From Ignavibacteriaceae bacterium (GTDB lineage Bacteria > Bacteroidota > Ignavibacteria > Ignavibacteriales > Ignavibacteriaceae), in assembly GCA_036795455.1 (NCBI GenBank), contig DAIRET010000002.1, positions 15,325 to 79,324 on the forward strand: a stretch of 64,000 nucleotides of DNA. Reading direction: 5' to 3'. The notes beneath the pieces were generated by a model. That model made no database searches. It worked only from the letters and a program-made list of their open reading frames with translations, and was not told where the DNA came from. Below are positions 26,367 through 35,401 of this stretch, piece by piece. The position numbers were made by a program, and so were the translations under genes. Positions within the stretch are counted from its first letter, which is position 1. The number at the start of each line of letters is the position of its first letter.

Positions 26367-27347
26367 TTATTTTATTTTTTTTACTGCTCTACTTGTTACT
26401 TTAACTGCTTTATGACCGTTGACAACTCCGGGTATACCGTAAAAAAGAGGTTTGTTATCTACTTTAACCGTTACTTCATCACCGGTTTTCCCGTTTGTTA
26501 GAATCACGTCTCCTTTTTCCAAACTCATTAGGTTTTTAAGAGAAATTGAAGCGGTTGTAAATTCTACATTCACATAAATCTCTGCTTTTTTTAGGTTGTC
26601 AACAATCAACGCTTTTGCGGTATTACCCGAAAATTTTGATGTTCTGGTTGTGTTAAAACTCTGGGTTGCCAGTTTGCTTAAAACCGAATCAAAAGCATAA
26701 GTAGCATAACATAGATTTAACAAACTTTTTGTTTCCCCGATATTGATTTCGCAGGTTATTATAAGCACGCTGTCGCTTTGTGATGTAATCTGGACAAAAT
26801 CGATGTCCGATTCAAAACTGCCGATAATAAAGTTGTAGTTATCAATTTGCATCCATGCTTTTTTCAGTTCCTGCATTACTCTTTCAACAAAGATGTATAA
26901 TACTTTCTGTTCAATCGGAGTAATAACTTTTGACGTTTTAGTCCCTTTACCGTTACCGCCCAAAAGCCTGTCAACAAGTATTAGTGCAAGTTCGGGGCTT
27001 AATTCCAGAACACCTTTTATATCGGTATTTTTAATATCGAAAGTAAAAAGGCATGCCGGGTTTGAAACAGAAAGGATGTATTCCGAATAGTAAATCTGGT
27101 CAACCGAAGTAATGTTGATATTGACTATCGATTGAAGTTTGGTCATTAAAAACGAGCTTAAACCTTCCGAAAAGTTTTCGTGAAGACTTTTTATTGTTCT
27201 TAACTGGTTTTTGGAAATTCTATTGGGAAGACGGAAATCATAAAGCATCGCCTCTTTTTCAGGTTCATACTCTGCTCCTTTTTCTCCACCTGTTTGAATT
27301 TTTCCAAGCAGTTGATCAATTTCTTGTTGTGATAGTATTTCAGCCAT
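26367..27347 (-). CDS. fliM: flagellar motor switch protein FliM
   Basis: N-terminal CheY-P binding peptide MAEILSQQEIDQLL. Also YDFRLPNRISKNQLRTIKSLHENF. Confidence 0.93.
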   Translation of the reverse strand: MAEILSQQEIDQLLGKIQTGGEKGAEYEPEKEAMLYDFRLPNRISKNQLRTIKSLHENFSEGLSSFLMTKLQSIVNINITSVDQIYYSEYILSVSNPACLFTFDIKNTDIKGVLELSPELALILVDRLLGGNGKGTKTSKVITPIEQKVLYIFVERVMQELKKAWMQIDNYNFIIGSFESDIDFVQITSQSDSVLIITCEINIGETKSLLNLCYATYAFDSVLSKLATQSFNTTRTSKFSGNTAKALIVDNLKKAEIYVNVEFTTASISLKNLMSLEKGDVILTNGKTGDEVTVKVDNKPLFYGIPGVVNGHKAVKVTSRAVKKIK

Positions 27348-27353
27348 ATTTTT

Positions 27354-27905
27354 TTACTGTATTATGTATTTCGTAAAATAGACATTGCTAATTTTCAGGT
27401 TGCCGAACTTTGCCATAACATTATTGGCAAGTTCGGTTTTTAATGTATCTTTATACCCGACTTTCCCCACTTCTAAAAGTGTTTTATTTGACAGCGTATT
27501 GATAATAATATCTTTAACTATCAATTCTTTTTCTTTTAATTCTTGAAGTTGTTTCTCGTCCGGCATATCGAAGCTAACCGAAGTAAGCATCAATTTTTGA
27601 CCGTTTGTTCCGGCTGGATTAACTATTATATCGTCAAAAGACGCAATAAATTTTCCTATTTCGGTTGTCTTATTTTTAGATTGAGCCGACTTTTCAGTTT
27701 TTGCCTCACCCGGTTTACTCTCTTTTATTACTTCCGGTTGAATTCTATTCATCAGCACATTTGCCGTTACAAAATAAACCGCTACCAGCTGGATAATAAA
27801 AAGGGGTAACCCTATGATTAACACTTTAGGATTGAATTTTGAAACCTTTTCCGGTTCGGGACTGCTGTTCTCCACTAATTCCTGAATATTCTCGTTTTCA
27901 CTCAT
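27354..27905 (-). CDS. fliL: flagellar basal-body-associated protein FliL
   Basis: Single TM (LIIGLPLFIIQLVAVYFV), then IVNPAGTNGQKLMLTSVSFDM as in the FliL family. Upstream of fliM. Confidence 0.85.
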   Translation of the reverse strand: MSENENIQELVENSSPEPEKVSKFNPKVLIIGLPLFIIQLVAVYFVTANVLMNRIQPEVIKESKPGEAKTEKSAQSKNKTTEIGKFIASFDDIIVNPAGTNGQKLMLTSVSFDMPDEKQLQELKEKELIVKDIIINTLSNKTLLEVGKVGYKDTLKTELANNVMAKFGNLKISNVYFTKYIIQ

Positions 27906-27933
27906 TTTTTATCTTTTTTTTTACTGAAAAGAT

Positions 27934-27948
27934 TCAATAGATGTGCCA
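27934..27948 (-). promoter_or_regulatory. sigma-54-type -24/-12 promoter candidate for the fliL-to-flhG operon
   Basis: The minus strand reads TGGCAC-ATCTA-TTGA (consensus TGGCAC-N5-TTGC; the -12 C is replaced by A). It ends 28 nt before the fliL ATG. It is preceded by AATTCCCCG, as is the flgB element. Confidence 0.45.
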
Positions 27949-28089
27949 TAGCGGGGAATTTTAGTTTCTTTTGAAAAACTAAATTTTTCTAATCATTTGG
28001 AATATGGGGAAAGATGGAAGTGGTTAATATTGAACAAATGCCGATTTTTGTATTACTCTCCGTAAAACAAAACCGGATCGTAATAACAA

Positions 28090-28129
28090 CAAAAAAATAA
28101 GCAAAGGGATGGTGTTGTTCCATCCCTTC
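28090..28129 (-). terminator. rho-independent terminator after flgE
   Basis: The minus-strand RNA reads AAGGGAUGG-AACAACA-CCAUCCCUU followed by UGCUUAUUUUUUUG. It begins about 20 nt after the flgE stop. Confidence 0.8.
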
Positions 28130-28150
28130 ACAGTCACTTGTCTAATTAAT

Positions 28151-29791
28151 CTATCTTACAAGATTGGTAATTTCTTGCAGTAGTGAATCCGAAACCGTAA
28201 TCACTCTTGCATTAGCCTGGAAACCTCTTTGAGAAACGATCATCCTTGTAAATTCCTCCGAAAGGTCGACGTTCGATTGCTCTAATGCACCGGACTGAAT
28301 AGTAGTTTGTGTTGATTCACCGGGGTCGCCAATAAACGGGGCACCCGAGTTAGCAGAAACTGTATATAGGTTATCGCCTATGCTTGACAAACCGTTCAAG
28401 TTGGGGAACGTTGCTACTAAAATTTGAGCTAAGTTTCTTGAAGCACCGTTTGAGAATATTCCAACTATGTAACCGTACTGGTCAATACTTAAGTTTGATA
28501 AAAATGCTGATGCTGAACCGTTCTGATTCAGTGCAGAAACAACCGGGTTAGCAGATGTCTGTGTAATACCGCCGAATGAAGAACCGAAATTTAGTTCTAT
28601 ATTCTGAGAGCTTGCACCGCCTGCAGGAGTATAACTTAATACCGGGGGATTCGGAGAAATTGTATTTACAGAACCATCAGGGTTAAATGAAATCGTTCCG
28701 GAGTTGTTGCTTAATCCGCCGCTTGAACTTGGAATAGATGCCGACCAATTCCAGTTGTTGGCAGATGTCTTTGTAAACTTTATTGACAATGTATGCGAAG
28801 CACCCAACGAGTCGAAGATTGTTACTGTTCCGGTAACAACGTTAACTGCCCTGTTGGCGTCTACTGTTGAACTCAAAGTTGTAGTGTTGTTAGTTTGGGT
28901 TACTGTAGTAGGATCAAAGTTGAAATTGATTCCAAGAGTTGTATCCTGGATTTGGATTGCTGCTGGAGCGGCTCCGTTCATTGTTAACATATCTCCAGTT
29001 GCGGGATCAAACACCGCGGTAACAGGACCGCCTGTCAATATCGGTGCGCCCGGATTTGATTTATCTGTTAATGTATAAGCAATATCGTATGTGTCGGCTG
29101 CGGTTTTAGTATAAGTAACGCTGAAAGAATACTCTCTGCCCGATTCATCATAAATGGTATTAGCATCTGTAGTTGTATCACCAATTGCCAGTGCAGAATT
29201 AATGTTTCCACTTTGAATATACTCTTCGGAACGTGTTATGAATGAATTACTGCTTAAGTTTCCACCCCAGTTGATATTTGTTGTTGCAACTGCAGGCAGC
29301 CTTAAATTAGGATCAATAATAACATCCTGTAAATTATTCCCGGGAGGAACAACGCCGTCTTCGGTAGCAACTTTACCTTGAACAATTGCACCGTTCTGCG
29401 GATTAACAAGTTTACCGTTAGCATCAAACATGAATGCACCGGCTCTGGAATAAAATGTTTCTCCGTTGCTTTTAAGTATAAATAGTCCATCACCCTGAAG
29501 TGCAAGGTCTGTAAGAACTCCAGTTCTTTCAAATGTTCCTTGAGCCCAGTTACGGTCGATTGAGTTGACTTTCATACCAAGACCGATTTGATAAGTGTTT
29601 GTACCGCCAGAGCCTTCGGAAGGGTTGGTTCCGTATCTAACAAACTGGTTGAATGTATCGCTGAATGTAATTCTTGAACCTTTGAACCCGATAGAGTTCA
29701 CGTTTGCAATATTATTACCAATTACATCAAGCATTGATTGATGATTTTTAAGTCCGGATACACCGGCGAAGAGAGAATTAATAAGTGACAT
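28151..29791 (-). CDS. flgE: flagellar hook protein FlgE
   Basis: SLINSLFAGVSGLKNHQSMLDVIGNNIANVNSIGFKGSRITFSDTF at the N terminus. C-terminal GALEQSNVDLSEEFTRMIVSQRGFQANARVITVSDSLLQEI. Strong AGGAGG SD 6 nt upstream. Confidence 0.95.
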   Translation of the reverse strand: MSLINSLFAGVSGLKNHQSMLDVIGNNIANVNSIGFKGSRITFSDTFNQFVRYGTNPSEGSGGTNTYQIGLGMKVNSIDRNWAQGTFERTGVLTDLALQGDGLFILKSNGETFYSRAGAFMFDANGKLVNPQNGAIVQGKVATEDGVVPPGNNLQDVIIDPNLRLPAVATTNINWGGNLSSNSFITRSEEYIQSGNINSALAIGDTTTDANTIYDESGREYSFSVTYTKTAADTYDIAYTLTDKSNPGAPILTGGPVTAVFDPATGDMLTMNGAAPAAIQIQDTTLGINFNFDPTTVTQTNNTTTLSSTVDANRAVNVVTGTVTIFDSLGASHTLSIKFTKTSANNWNWSASIPSSSGGLSNNSGTISFNPDGSVNTISPNPPVLSYTPAGGASSQNIELNFGSSFGGITQTSANPVVSALNQNGSASAFLSNLSIDQYGYIVGIFSNGASRNLAQILVATFPNLNGLSSIGDNLYTVSANSGAPFIGDPGESTQTTIQSGALEQSNVDLSEEFTRMIVSQRGFQANARVITVSDSLLQEITNLVR

Positions 29792-29824
29792 TGTAACCTC
29801 CTAAGGATTATTTTGTTAAATTTA

Positions 29825-29879
29825 GTTCAATCTCTGTCAGTCGATTGAACCGGGGAGCGTCCTTACAAGGTCCCGCTCC
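29825..29879 (-). promoter_or_regulatory. two stem-loops in the 103-nt flgE leader
   Basis: In minus-strand order: GGAGCG-[GGACCTTGTAAGGA]-CGCTCC (29855-29879), then GTTCAATC-N10-GATTGAAC (29825-29850). Neither is followed by a U-tract. Confidence 0.5.
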
Positions 29880-29894
29880 GTGCTGTTTATTAAA

Positions 29895-30272
29895 CTATGC
29901 GAATACTACTGTATCTATATTTGTAAAAACTTTATCTTCCTGTCCAGACAAATCCATTGCTGTAATAACCGTTCTATTAGGGATGTTCACTATAAATGCC
30001 GTCTGGTCAAGCATTACCAATGAATCTTTTGCTCCTTTTGATTCAGCTTTTTCTACTGCTTCATTCAACTTATTCAACGATCCTTCGTTAAGCTGAATAT
30101 TCCTTGCTTCCAATCTTTTTGAAGCGTGGCTCGAAAATCTAAGTTTATCAAGCTCTGTTTTAAATATGCTGCCGAATTCATCGCTTTTAGCTTCCTGCCG
30201 TTTAGGAGCAATTATATCGTCCTGATTTATCGGTATAAAGGGGACTTTAATCCCGTTTATAATTTCACTCAC
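29895..30272 (-). CDS. small 'flagellar operon protein' of the type found between flgD and flgE in Firmicutes and Spirochaetes (TIGR02530-like)
   Basis: 125 aa. RFSSHASKRLEARNIQLNEGSLNKLNEAVEKAESKGAKDSLVMLDQTAFIVN matches my memory of that family. Overlaps the flgD stop by 4 nt. Confidence 0.6.
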   Translation of the reverse strand: MSEIINGIKVPFIPINQDDIIAPKRQEAKSDEFGSIFKTELDKLRFSSHASKRLEARNIQLNEGSLNKLNEAVEKAESKGAKDSLVMLDQTAFIVNIPNRTVITAMDLSGQEDKVFTNIDTVVFA

Positions 30273-30970
30273 TTTCCACCTCCGTATGGGTTTGAGTTCG
30301 AATTTGTATTCAAAATTTCAAGGATATCCGATAATGAATATTCTACACCGTTTACAATCAATCTTGTACCGTCTTCAGTGAATTTTATCGAGTCTATCGG
30401 ACCTATTCTATACATTGTTACATTTATGTTTTGATTTTCCGAGTTCCTTGCGTCTACTTCAAAAGTGTATTCACCAATTGGAACTTTTTCACCGTTATTA
30501 TCGGTAAAATCCCAGGAAAGTTTATGGTCTCCCGAAAGATTTGGTAAATTATTTATAGTTTTTACGATGTTTCCGTACTTGTCGTACACTTTTATTGTAA
30601 CATTTTCTGCGTTTGATGGAAGCGTATAACCAAGCGAAATGCTTTCCTGTCCTTTGTAAGTAAGATTTGAACCTTCAATTTTAACTTCTTTACCAATCAA
30701 TGCTGCTGTTAAAGTATTGTTTATCGACTGCGTTAACTGATAGTTTGCATTAATACTTGTATCTAACGATGTATTCATATTCGTTAATTGCTCCAGCGAG
30801 CTGAACTGTGCAAGCTGAGCTGCAAACTCGGTTCCATCCATCGGTTCGAGAGGGTCCTGGTTTTTTAACTGCATCAGCATTAATTTCATAAAATCATCTT
30901 TACCGAGTACAGATTTCCCTTTAACTGAATCAACATTTGTATTTCCAACTGAAACTATTGAATCAAACAT
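30269..30970 (-). CDS. flgD: flagellar hook capping/assembly protein FlgD
   Basis: LGKDDFMKLMLMQLKNQDPLEPMDGTEFAAQLAQFSSLEQL, plus a FlgD Ig-like C-terminal domain. Confidence 0.93.
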   Translation of the reverse strand: MFDSIVSVGNTNVDSVKGKSVLGKDDFMKLMLMQLKNQDPLEPMDGTEFAAQLAQFSSLEQLTNMNTSLDTSINANYQLTQSINNTLTAALIGKEVKIEGSNLTYKGQESISLGYTLPSNAENVTIKVYDKYGNIVKTINNLPNLSGDHKLSWDFTDNNGEKVPIGEYTFEVDARNSENQNINVTMYRIGPIDSIKFTEDGTRLIVNGVEYSLSDILEILNTNSNSNPYGGGK

Positions 30971-30981
30971 CTTAAACTCCT

Positions 30982-33900
30982 TTAGACAAGATATTCATAA
31001 GTGTTATATCCCATCGTTTTTACTTTTAATTCTTCTTCTTCGGAATTATTAAACCGTTTACCATTTTCTTTGTTCTTTGTTTGTCCCGCAGATTTTTGGT
31101 TTTTGTTTTCGTTATAACTGATTGTTACTTTAACTGCTGCCGCTTGAATACCCGCCTGGCTTAAGTTTTGGTATAATTGGTTCATGTTGTTTTCAACAAG
31201 CGCTTTAACTTCCTGAGTTTCAACCTCCATCATTGCTGTTAAAACATCTTCAACAACCGAAAGAGAAATTTTTACCTGTCCAAGGTTTCCGGGTTCTACT
31301 TTGAATGTCATTGTCCCGGCTTCTCTTCTTTCGATAAAGTTGGACAACTCTTTTATTAACTCGAAAGATTTAATTATCTGCGTCTGGTTTGAAAATGAAG
31401 GTTTAAATTCTCCTTTGTTAACCGAAAAGACATCATTTGCTTTGAAAGCAGAATCAAATGCAGCAGTATTGTTTTCCTTGAAAAATGATTCTTTCCCTTT
31501 AACTGCCTCGGAAGTATTACTTGTTTGCTCTAAGTTTTTATCTCCATTTTCCGATTCAGTATTATCTGAAGCAGTATTCGAATTGATGGTAGTGTTAGGC
31601 TTTTTAACTTCTGAAACTACATGAGATTCAAAAGATGCTTTCGATAAATTACCTGCATTAATCTTTTGATCGCTTTTAATTATAATGTTTTTATGATCAT
31701 GGCGTTCGCCTTTATCGTGTTTATCGTTGAATGCATGATTCTCGCTCCCGGTTTTGATTTCGGCAAACTCTTTTTTACCACTTGCATTTACATCATTTTC
31801 TTTGCCGGTATTTTTAAAGTCTTTAACAGATAAATCTTCCTTAGTAGCAATTACAGGTTGTTCTTTTCCAACCGATTCAACCTTTGTAGTGTTACTGCTC
31901 ATTTTAATTTTATCGAAAAGGCTATTAACGGCATCAACAATTGTTTTCCCGTTTTGACCGGAAGAATGCGTTGATTCTTCTTTACCTGCAGTAGAAATGC
32001 GATCTGCACTAACTTCGTTTTGTATATTCAGCTTAAATTTAGTTGAATTTTCAATTCCTGATTTAGTGTGTCCTATTGATAAATCTTTTAACTTAAAAGA
32101 TTCTTTGAATAAATTCAGATCATCTTTTAGCTGTTCTCTCATCGAAGCATTAGAAATTTCTCTAACCGGTTTATTAATGTTGGTATTCAATTCAACCGTT
32201 TTCTCCGGAGTTTGTTTTAAGGTTTCCTGAGTTTTTAATTCCACATTTGATGTTGTGTTTTTAGCTTCAACTACAGGTTTAATAGTATCATTTGTACTTA
32301 CCGTTTGCTTATCAGTAGTATTAAGATTCTTCCCGTCGTTAAGTGTAAATGTTTTTTCATCAACCCGGTTTTCAACAATTTCAACAGGTTTCCGAACAAT
32401 TTGTTCAATTGCATTTTTTATTGCGCTCAGGTCAACATTTCTTGAACCGGTTATATCAATTGAATTTGCATCCAAAGATTTCAGTGTTTCAAGTGATGAT
32501 GAAATTGATGTAAACAACTCTTTGGAGCGGGCATTATCCGGCGAAACCGGTTGTCCGTTCTTAAATATCAATACTTGCTGCCCGGATTTGTTATCAATCC
32601 CGTTCTGTTTTTCAAAGCCTTGCTGGCTGCTTAATAAGTCCAGTACGGATACTCTTTTAGTTGATACCAATAGGTTTTTACTTGAGGATTCTTTTTCTGT
32701 TTTCAGTTCGGATGCTTTAATAAAATCTGATAGATTAACATACTTCTTCGGAGTACTTTTAACATCGTCTCCTTTCGCCTCCGCATTGATTGCTTCTGTG
32801 CCGGTATCGATTTTTCCCGGTTGTGTTTCGCCTTTAAAATTAATCACTACTTTTTCAGCATTATTTGTGCTAATACTAACCGCATCCTTTACTGCTGTAT
32901 AAGCGGTCTCTTTTACTATTCCGAAGGCTGATTTATTATTCTTAAAATCATTCTGAATCACTTCACCGTCAACAAAAAGATTGTTCAATTTATTCGTTGA
33001 ATCATGCTTCATATCCTGAAGTTCAACCACTTCGATTGTCGCATTAACTTTTATTACTTGCTTGGGGTCTACAGTCTTTTCTTGTTGAGTAGCTGGAATG
33101 GAGCTTGCCGGTTCTTTTTCCTTCAGAGGTGTTGTTGGTTCACTACTCTTCAGTAATACTTCCCCGGAGCTTTCTTTTACGGTTATCACCGGTTTCTGAA
33201 GCGAATTTTCTTCTACTTTCTCTGGTTGAACTTTTTTTGTGTTATTCGAACTGACCAATTCATTCTCACCGGAATTGATTACCGGTTTGGTCCCTTTTAC
33301 AATACTTTCTAATTCAGCTTCTAATTTCGGTGTAACACTCTTTATCGATGCTTCTTTTTGGTTTTCGATTTCGGATACAACCGGTTGTTGAGTTGAAGAT
33401 ACTTCTACTTCTTTTAAATTCGCTGGCTGAGCATTTTTTAATTCGGTTGAATTAATTGATGTAAGCGATTCATTTTCCTGTGTGTTTAAAACCGGCTTAA
33501 TTTCCGGCGCAATCTCTGATTGTTCTGTAGTTGATGGAGTGAATTTAGATTTATCCTGATTTGTATTTTCTACAATTTTTGTAATGTTATTATCTACCGA
33601 TTCAGTTTGTAATTTACCGGATACAGCATCAGCTTTTTCCGATAAAACAATTATAGGATTTATCGAACTTGTTTCATCCGTAATCTTTTGGGGATTAACC
33701 GGGACGGTTTTGTTTTCTCCTTGTTTTACTTGCTTAACTGAAACTGCCTTTTGTTTATCTACGTTAGCTGTTACCGGAATTTGAACTTCTTTTTCCAGAG
33801 CAGTTTTATCTTTTGCAAATTCGGTTCCCAATGCAAACAGGTTTATTATAACGGCTTTTTCGCCTGTTTTCAGCACTACATTAACATTCTCGTTGTTATT

Positions 33901-34389
33901 AAACTTGTCCAGGATAAATGATAAGCCATCGTTTATTTCAGGTGCAGTTGGTTTTGTTCCCTCACCCTGAAAAACTGTTTTTTCTTCTGGTTCTACTACT
34001 TTACCCGCTTCACCGGTTCCCATCAGTTTATATATTAATGAAATTAGCTCGTGTGCATCTAATTCGACATTCTCCGAACTGTTTAAAGCATTGCCTTGAG
34101 TTTTATCACCTGTAACTGCTTTAATTACATCCTCAATTGCAATATTCGATGGGAGTGTAAAGACAACCGAGTCTTCGCTACTGTTTTTCAAAACAGATAA
34201 TTCAATTGCTTGAACCGGTTGACTTTGCGGATTTATAAATTTCGGTGTATCTGCTATTGGCTCCGCTTCCAAAACAAATTTCACTATATCCGTAAATAGG
34301 TGTTTCGGCTGCTCAAGTGCAGGCGATGTATATGTAAAAATACCTTTATCAATAACAGGGTTTTTCAAAAACAAAGGATTAAAAATCAT
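30982..34389 (-). CDS. fliK: flagellar hook-length control protein FliK, unusually long (1135 aa)
   Basis: C-terminal Flg_hook-type domain TFKVEPGNLGQVKISLSVVEDVLTAMMEVETQEVKALVENNMNQLYQNLSQAGIQ. Positioned between the ylxF-like gene and flgD. The rest is long, polar and low-complexity. Confidence 0.8.
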   Translation of the reverse strand: MIFNPLFLKNPVIDKGIFTYTSPALEQPKHLFTDIVKFVLEAEPIADTPKFINPQSQPVQAIELSVLKNSSEDSVVFTLPSNIAIEDVIKAVTGDKTQGNALNSSENVELDAHELISLIYKLMGTGEAGKVVEPEEKTVFQGEGTKPTAPEINDGLSFILDKFNNNENVNVVLKTGEKAVIINLFALGTEFAKDKTALEKEVQIPVTANVDKQKAVSVKQVKQGENKTVPVNPQKITDETSSINPIIVLSEKADAVSGKLQTESVDNNITKIVENTNQDKSKFTPSTTEQSEIAPEIKPVLNTQENESLTSINSTELKNAQPANLKEVEVSSTQQPVVSEIENQKEASIKSVTPKLEAELESIVKGTKPVINSGENELVSSNNTKKVQPEKVEENSLQKPVITVKESSGEVLLKSSEPTTPLKEKEPASSIPATQQEKTVDPKQVIKVNATIEVVELQDMKHDSTNKLNNLFVDGEVIQNDFKNNKSAFGIVKETAYTAVKDAVSISTNNAEKVVINFKGETQPGKIDTGTEAINAEAKGDDVKSTPKKYVNLSDFIKASELKTEKESSSKNLLVSTKRVSVLDLLSSQQGFEKQNGIDNKSGQQVLIFKNGQPVSPDNARSKELFTSISSSLETLKSLDANSIDITGSRNVDLSAIKNAIEQIVRKPVEIVENRVDEKTFTLNDGKNLNTTDKQTVSTNDTIKPVVEAKNTTSNVELKTQETLKQTPEKTVELNTNINKPVREISNASMREQLKDDLNLFKESFKLKDLSIGHTKSGIENSTKFKLNIQNEVSADRISTAGKEESTHSSGQNGKTIVDAVNSLFDKIKMSSNTTKVESVGKEQPVIATKEDLSVKDFKNTGKENDVNASGKKEFAEIKTGSENHAFNDKHDKGERHDHKNIIIKSDQKINAGNLSKASFESHVVSEVKKPNTTINSNTASDNTESENGDKNLEQTSNTSEAVKGKESFFKENNTAAFDSAFKANDVFSVNKGEFKPSFSNQTQIIKSFELIKELSNFIERREAGTMTFKVEPGNLGQVKISLSVVEDVLTAMMEVETQEVKALVENNMNQLYQNLSQAGIQAAAVKVTISYNENKNQKSAGQTKNKENGKRFNNSEEEELKVKTMGYNTYEYLV

Positions 34390-34949
34390 TATCTCGCTCT
34401 AGTTAATCTTATAGCTAATTCCGGGCTGAGATTTGACAGCACTTCGGCTGCTTTTCTTTTCTTCATAGAATAAATTAAATCTCTTGCTGTATCATCGGAA
34501 AAATTTGAAATTAATTTAGCGACAATTTTAGAGTCCATTGCTTCATACAATTTCACAGTCTCTTTTTTCCATTTCAAATAGCTGCTGTCTTTTTGTGCAC
34601 TGTTTGATTTTGGCGTCGGTTTTGGTTCCATTTTCTTGATTTGCGAAAGTTGCGGAACGTTTATTAATTCTTTTGATTGACTAAGCGAATCCCCCTTCGA
34701 ATCAACAACTGCAAGGCTGTCCACGGCAAGTGTAGAATCCGTGACTTCGGTTGTATCCGTGTTTAATGCTTCCGCCGTTTCCGTCTCTTCTGTAAGGGCT
34801 TCTTCCTCTTCATAGATTATTATCGGTTTCTTTCCCGAGAAATCGAATGCAAAGATGTTTGTAAAGTTTTCATTTGCAATTATTATTATACCTGTAACGG
34901 CAACAAAGGCTATTAAAAATACGAGGGCATATATTAGTTGATTCTTCAT
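34389..34949 (-). CDS. YlxF-like flagellar protein with an MgtE_N-type C-terminal domain
   Basis: N-terminal TM, then LYEAMDSKIVAKLISNFSDDTARDLIYSMKKRKAAEVLSNLSPELAIRLT. Same slot as B. subtilis ylxF (fliJ-ylxF-fliK). Confidence 0.65.
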   Translation of the reverse strand: MKNQLIYALVFLIAFVAVTGIIIIANENFTNIFAFDFSGKKPIIIYEEEEALTEETETAEALNTDTTEVTDSTLAVDSLAVVDSKGDSLSQSKELINVPQLSQIKKMEPKPTPKSNSAQKDSSYLKWKKETVKLYEAMDSKIVAKLISNFSDDTARDLIYSMKKRKAAEVLSNLSPELAIRLTRAR

Positions 34950-34951
34950 TA

Positions 34952-35386
34952 CTATGCCTTTGTAAGCCTCTTCGATGCAATATCATCAAGCAGCGATAAT
35001 TCTGCTTTATTTTCTTCTACAAGATAATTCTGGTAATGTTTGTCCTTCAAGGAATCGAATATTTTCACTTCTTTTTTCTTCATTGCCAGTTCTTCAATTA
35101 TTTTTCCCTTTTCAATTTCTTTTTCGGCTTTCTTTTCCTTTTTTGATTTTATAAGTTCGTCAACAAAATTTTCATAGTTCAACTGGGCTTGCAGTTCATT
35201 TGCTCTTATTCTCGAATTGTTGAAAGCCCCCTGGCGTACTTTTTCTTTCTCTTTATATAACTGTTCGATTTCAAGCGAGATATTGTTTATCTCCATGTTT
35301 ACTATAGCAAGTTCTCTCTTTACTTTCTTTTCGAGATTTTGCTTCACTTTATTTACCGAGTCGAATTTAAACTTAAATTTAGCCAT
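34952..35386 (-). CDS. fliJ: flagellar export chaperone/stalk protein FliJ
   Basis: 144-aa coiled-coil protein beginning MAKFKFKFDSVNKVKQNLEKK. Immediately downstream of fliI. Confidence 0.75.
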   Translation of the reverse strand: MAKFKFKFDSVNKVKQNLEKKVKRELAIVNMEINNISLEIEQLYKEKEKVRQGAFNNSRIRANELQAQLNYENFVDELIKSKKEKKAEKEIEKGKIIEELAMKKKEVKIFDSLKDKHYQNYLVEENKAELSLLDDIASKRLTKA

Positions 35387-35401
35387 ACTTCATCTTCATT
35401 A

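Noticed and set aside
28024-28047. GCCGAT (sigma-28 -10-like) with an upstream TTAA on the plus strand in the flgE-fliL gap
   Set aside because: The spacing to the TTAA is 12 nt, not 15. The -10 continues TTT instead of AA. The orientation points antisense into flgE.
28704-29078. 124-aa plus-strand ORF inside flgE
   Set aside because: Shadow ORF of the Gly/Thr/Asn/Ala-rich central FlgE region. flgE identity on the minus strand is unambiguous.
32255-32902. 215-aa plus-strand ORF, with several shorter ones at 31301-34115, antisense to fliK
   Set aside because: Ser/Leu/Phe/Cys-rich low-complexity translation, typical of the reverse frame of a Lys/Glu/Thr-rich gene. It lies fully inside a well-supported minus-strand CDS and has no start context.
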